From: a virus
Taxonomy: Duplodnaviria; Heunggongvirae; Uroviricota; Caudoviricetes
DNA length: 54,083 bases
Reading direction: 5' to 3' (one strand)
Virus record (IMG/VR): IMGVR_UViG_2534682338_000012
Location: 1-54,083 of that record
In this document: positions 50,376 to 54,083 of the stretch, one piece after another
Layout: every line of letters starts with the position of its first letter
Position numbering within the stretch: the stretch's first letter is position 1
Notes under the pieces: model-generated
Database searches by the model: none
What the model saw: only the letters and a program-made list of their open reading frames with translations
Told to the model about the DNA's origin: nothing
Position numbers and translations under genes: made by a program

Positions 50376-50648
50376 ATGGCACTTAAATGTCCGGAATGCG
50401 GTACAGTTGCACACGCCAGAACAGCAGCCTATGAAGCTCCGTCAGTTAAACGCTCGTGGTATCAGTGCCAGAATCTGGAATGTTCCTGCACATTTACGGC
50501 ACTGGAGAGTGTGGATAAGATAATCATGAAACCCCGGCGCAATGAACAGCTATCAGACAAAGCACAATCCCCGGAAAAACAACAGCAAACGCTCAATCGC
50601 TATGGCTCCGCGTCAAAACTGTCAAGCCGTCAGCAGATTCCTGTCTGA
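50376..50648 (+). CDS. Ogr/Delta-family zinc-finger late activator
   Basis: CPECG...AHARTAAYEAPSVKRSWYQCQNLECSCTF matches Ogr C2C2 motif. Confidence 0.8.
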   Translation: MALKCPECGTVAHARTAAYEAPSVKRSWYQCQNLECSCTFTALESVDKIIMKPRRNEQLSDKAQSPEKQQQTLNRYGSASKLSSRQQIPV

Positions 50649-51177
50649 TTAGAAAAAAACGCCCACGTAATCCTGGTCGAGTACCGGGATTTTTAACACC
50701 TTTTCCCTGGCTGGCCTGAGAGCGCATGAGTGCATGTCTATGGCGCATGAAAATGCATGAGCCTTATGCACCTTTTTTGAGGCGAAAACCTTTGTGTGGT
50801 GGTATCTGAGACGATTTATGGCATGCATGAAAACCAGTCTGTTAAGCGAAGCGGGCAGGCGTGCGGGGCTGCCCGCGATAGCACTGAAATCAACAGGTAA
50901 AACTATTTTTTATTAGTAGTGTAAACTGGGAGCGAACGGACTCTGTCATGCTGTATCATCCTGTAATGATCAATCTCACTGGTGTCTGTATAGATGTCAA
51001 CCAGTTTCGACGGCTGTGTCTAACTTAAAATTAGAGCTTAATCAAGTTTTTCCTCGAGAATACTTTTAAAAGACAATGAGTTATGAGAAAGTGGAGGCTG
51101 TCACGTTGGTCATATGTAACACTCCACGTAATCTTAATCGCTTTGTAAATGTTGAAGTTAATTAATAGGGAAAACTG

Positions 51178-52137
51178 ATGCTAACCAGGGCTGAAAATAT
51201 AAGAAAAATCACAAGCTATTTAGCTATTCTCTCAAGAGAGGTTGAGATTAGTGCCTCCCTCAATCTTTTGGATATCAACGTTCAAGCGGAATCTTTTTAT
51301 AGAGATTTCTTAAACTTATGTTATGGATATAATTTAAGAAATACCAATAGTGAAGAGCAAAACTACCAAGCAATAGATCTTGCTGATGAAGATCGGAAGA
51401 TTGCTATACAAGTAACTTCAACTTCTGACTTGGGAAAAATTAAGAATACAGTTGATGGATTTATAAAAAGTAAGCAATATGAAAAATATGATAGACTAAT
51501 TGTACTGAATATAACTGAAAAGAAAAAGCACAGATTGAAAGAGTATGGAATAGCCGGGTGCTATGTAATTAATATCAAAGATGATGTATGGGATTATAAG
51601 GATATAATTAGAAAGATAAACGATTTGAATGATTGTGATATATCAACAATATGCTCATTTTTGGAACGTAATATTAATACTAAAGCTGCTGATAAACCGC
51701 CGAAAGAAGTCACAACTATGTTTGCGATGATTGAATTATTGAGTGATGATGCTCACCCATTGGCAGGAAATGGATTTATTGAAGAGCCTAATCCTGAAAA
51801 TAAAATATATAAAAGATTTTCAGATTATTCAGAGCGGTTGATTGGCTTATATACTGGGTTAGCTCCATTATATAGTGGGATATTTAAGTCAATAAAAGAA
51901 CAGAGCGATATTGGTATCGTAAGGTACCAAAAGATGAGTTTGTATTTAGAGTCATTTAGTGATAAGGTCTTAAGAAGCCATGGTGGAGATCCTATCTTGG
52001 CGCTTAATTATTTAAAAGAATATTTTTCTAAACAACTGAGCCAGAGAAATGTAGATTACGATGAAACAGCTATCAAATTTTTCTTAATTGAGAATTTAAT
52101 TGCATGTAACGTCTTTCCTAATTCGGAGATTCTTTGA
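51178..52137 (+). CDS. hypothetical cargo protein (319 aa), candidate effector/specificity component
   Basis: AT-rich ORF, first gene of tightly coupled three-ORF cassette after P4-like late genes. Confidence 0.55.
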   Translation: MLTRAENIRKITSYLAILSREVEISASLNLLDINVQAESFYRDFLNLCYGYNLRNTNSEEQNYQAIDLADEDRKIAIQVTSTSDLGKIKNTVDGFIKSKQYEKYDRLIVLNITEKKKHRLKEYGIAGCYVINIKDDVWDYKDIIRKINDLNDCDISTICSFLERNINTKAADKPPKEVTTMFAMIELLSDDAHPLAGNGFIEEPNPENKIYKRFSDYSERLIGLYTGLAPLYSGIFKSIKEQSDIGIVRYQKMSLYLESFSDKVLRSHGGDPILALNYLKEYFSKQLSQRNVDYDETAIKFFLIENLIACNVFPNSEIL

Positions 52138-52384
52138 TGTTAAGTTTTTTTTCGAAAGATGAGGATTTGACAAAATCCCCTCCTGTTGTAGGGGCTAAAA
52201 TTCTTAATTTATTTGACGAAACAAAAAAGAAAAAATTAGTATTTTCGATTTAGCAAAAGAATTAAAGAAAAACAACTCTCTAGGAGTGCGTGCAATTTAT
52301 TTTGGAATGGTCTTTCTTTATACTCTTGATCTTATCGATTTCGATGAGCCATATGTGATAAATAAAAATGTTAAGAATAAATAA
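52137..52384 (+). pseudogene. small middle ORF (~80 aa if contiguous) interrupted by frameshift in A-rich tract
   Basis: ATG overlaps upstream stop (TGATG); frame 0 gives 38 aa then stop; adjacent frame continues ...ISIFDLAKELKKNNSLGVRAIYFGMVFLYTLDLIDFDEPYVINKNVKNK to overlap the next gene. Confidence 0.35.
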
Positions 52385-54083
52385 ACTATATAGCATACCA
52401 GAATCTTTTGAGCCAGTAAGCTTTGATAGTGGCATCAATATCATCTTAGGTGAAAAAGATGTTTCATCTAACAAAACTAATGGAGTGGGTAAAACTCTTT
52501 TAATAGAGTTTATTAATTTTTGTTTATTAAAAGAATTTAAGTCGAGTAGAGTTTCTAAAATTCCTCATTCTGATTTTTCGAAAGACATTTTGATATGCCT
52601 TGATTTTAATATTGATAATATTAACATTATATCCCAGCGTTCTATTGGGAAACATAATGAGCCAACACTTGTAATAAATGGAAAAACAATAGAGTTTAGT
52701 GGATTAGATGATGCGTTATCTCATTTAAGCAATCTTATCTTTAAGAATAGTAAGGGTATACTTCATCCATCATTTAGAGCGATGCTGGGGCCTCTGATAC
52801 GCGATGAACGATCTGAATTTAAATCTATTGTTGAGTGCTTCGACACAAAATTACATATACCTGCTGACTATACTCCTCATCTTTATTTGTTAGGTATTGA
52901 TATTGCTCCCTATAAAGAGGCAAAGATTTTACAACGAGAAATAGATGATTTATCAACTACAAAAAATAAAATAAAGAGAGATATTGAATTTCTGACGGGA
53001 AAAAAAATTAGTTCTGCAAAGGCAGAGGTTAATGATCTTAAATCAAAAGTTGAACATATCAGAAACGCTATGGATGCATTTGATAGCGATAGCAGTTATG
53101 AACTTATCAAAGATGAAGTAGAAGAATTAGAAAGTTCTTTAGAAGAGTTGCGGAATAAAAGAACAATACTTAAGTTAGAGCTTTCAAGAATAAATGCTCT
53201 CGTTGGTGAAGTATACATAAATGATGATGAAGTAGTTGAAATTTATAATAAATTTAAAGTTGGATTAGGTGATGCTATCAAAAAAGAACTTAATGATGTT
53301 ATTTCATTTAAGAAAAAAATAGATCACTTCCAAAACACTTTGTTAAATACGCGAAAAGAAACATTACTTTCTGAATTGCGTAAGATATCAGATAAGCTAT
53401 ATACAGTAAATAGACTTTATAAAGAAAAAGCTAGTGTTTTTGAGCAGGCGGGGGGGTTTAAAAGCCTGAAAATTTTAATAATGACTTATCAGAAAAAGTT
53501 AGAGGAGTATTCACAGTTATCTTCATTGCTTAAAAAATTTGAAGATTTCGATTCTAAATGGAAAGTTAAGAAGTCAGAACGCTCTTCTATGATAATTTCG
53601 TTAGATCTTTCTATTATGGATAACGAAAAAACGATTGAATCTTTTGAGGAAACCATTTTATCAATCCATGAATATGTTTTTGGAAATAGAAAGTGTTCTT
53701 TCGAAATTAAGGCGACAGAGAAGAAAGAAACTATCTCAATGGATTTAAGAATTGATGATGACGGTAGTCATAGTAATGAGCGAGAAAAGGTTTTCTTTTA
53801 TGATTTGGCTCTTTTACTTACAGAAGAAACGTTTCGACGTCACCCTGGATTATTAATTCATGATAATATTTTTGATGTGGATCAAGATACATTAATTAAA
53901 AGCTTGAATTATTTGGCAGAGAAATCCAGTTGCTTAAATGATGCACAATATATTTTGACGTTAAATAGCGACAAAATTAGTGAAATTGATAAAAGAGATT
54001 TGAAACTAGATATTAACTTCTATAAGCGAGCTTCGTTAACTAAAATAAATAGATTCCTGGGAAGGCATTATCAAGAAATATAA
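52368..54083 (+). CDS. SMC/ABC-like P-loop ATPase with long coiled coil (571 aa)
   Basis: N-terminal Walker A-like NGVGKT, ~200-aa K/E/L-rich heptad region, C-terminal hydrophobic-D stretch (GLLIHDN) resembling Walker B. Confidence 0.6.
   Translation: MLRINKLYSIPESFEPVSFDSGINIILGEKDVSSNKTNGVGKTLLIEFINFCLLKEFKSSRVSKIPHSDFSKDILICLDFNIDNINIISQRSIGKHNEPTLVINGKTIEFSGLDDALSHLSNLIFKNSKGILHPSFRAMLGPLIRDERSEFKSIVECFDTKLHIPADYTPHLYLLGIDIAPYKEAKILQREIDDLSTTKNKIKRDIEFLTGKKISSAKAEVNDLKSKVEHIRNAMDAFDSDSSYELIKDEVEELESSLEELRNKRTILKLELSRINALVGEVYINDDEVVEIYNKFKVGLGDAIKKELNDVISFKKKIDHFQNTLLNTRKETLLSELRKISDKLYTVNRLYKEKASVFEQAGGFKSLKILIMTYQKKLEEYSQLSSLLKKFEDFDSKWKVKKSERSSMIISLDLSIMDNEKTIESFEETILSIHEYVFGNRKCSFEIKATEKKETISMDLRIDDDGSHSNEREKVFFYDLALLLTEETFRRHPGLLIHDNIFDVDQDTLIKSLNYLAEKSSCLNDAQYILTLNSDKISEIDKRDLKLDINFYKRASLTKINRFLGRHYQEI

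Larger units (their letters stand above)
41810..54083. mobile_element. P4-like satellite / integrative element (partial, continues beyond window)
   Basis: P4-type integrase next to tRNA repeat, AlpA, alpha-type primase-helicase with downstream iterons, Sid-like/Psu/Ogr-Delta genes, cos-like site, cargo genes. Confidence 0.75.

Overview
This window holds the 3' side of the proA–thrW locus with two mobile elements integrated in tandem at tRNA-Thr (thrW). Coordinates derived by hand from the raw sequence (tRNA, repeats, terminators, small ORFs absent from the ORF track) may be off by 1-2 bp. All family assignments are from motif recognition by eye; no database search was run.

(1) proA (1-1254) and an intact tRNA-Thr(CGU) (~1369-1444).

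(2) A ~40 kb mosaic prophage (~1399-41855), bounded by a 46-bp direct repeat of the tRNA 3' end:
- P22-type integrase and excisionase, then a leftward early operon (HD-domain, YfdQ-like proteins).
- Immunity region: cI-like S24 repressor, Cro, CII-like protein, with palindromic operators.
- Replication and nin-like region: O-like protein with internal iterons, PerC-like regulator, Dam-type methyltransferase, LexA-DNA-binding-domain-only protein, RusA, frameshifted KilA-N gene, DUF968 protein, Q-like antiterminator.
- Lysis cassette: holin, lambda R-like endolysin, Rz/Rz1.
- HK97-type head module: HNH, TerS, TerL, portal, protease, major capsid.
- Mu-like contractile tail: sheath, tube, chaperone with -1 slippery site, tape measure, baseplate.
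- A Pin/Gin-type invertible tail-fibre segment with its invertase.
- Accessory genes at classical moron positions: between pL and the early genes, between Q and holin, between Rz1 and HNH, and after the invertase (GIY-YIG nuclease-like protein, Hanks-type Ser/Thr kinase, 205-aa protein).

(3) A P4-like satellite (from ~41810 to beyond the window end): P4-type integrase, AlpA-like regulator, alpha-type primase-helicase followed by ori-like iterons, Sid-like/Psu/Ogr-Delta late genes, a cos-like GC-rich site, then an AT-rich cargo cassette (51178-54083).

The cargo cassette is the best candidate for a new system. It encodes a 319-aa protein, a small frameshift-interrupted ORF, and a 571-aa Walker-A/coiled-coil SMC-like ATPase. 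This looks like an ABC-three-component or Lamassu-like anti-phage system sitting in the P4 defence hotspot.

Several genes carry frameshifts, mostly in homopolymer runs. These could be sequencing errors or genuine decay.
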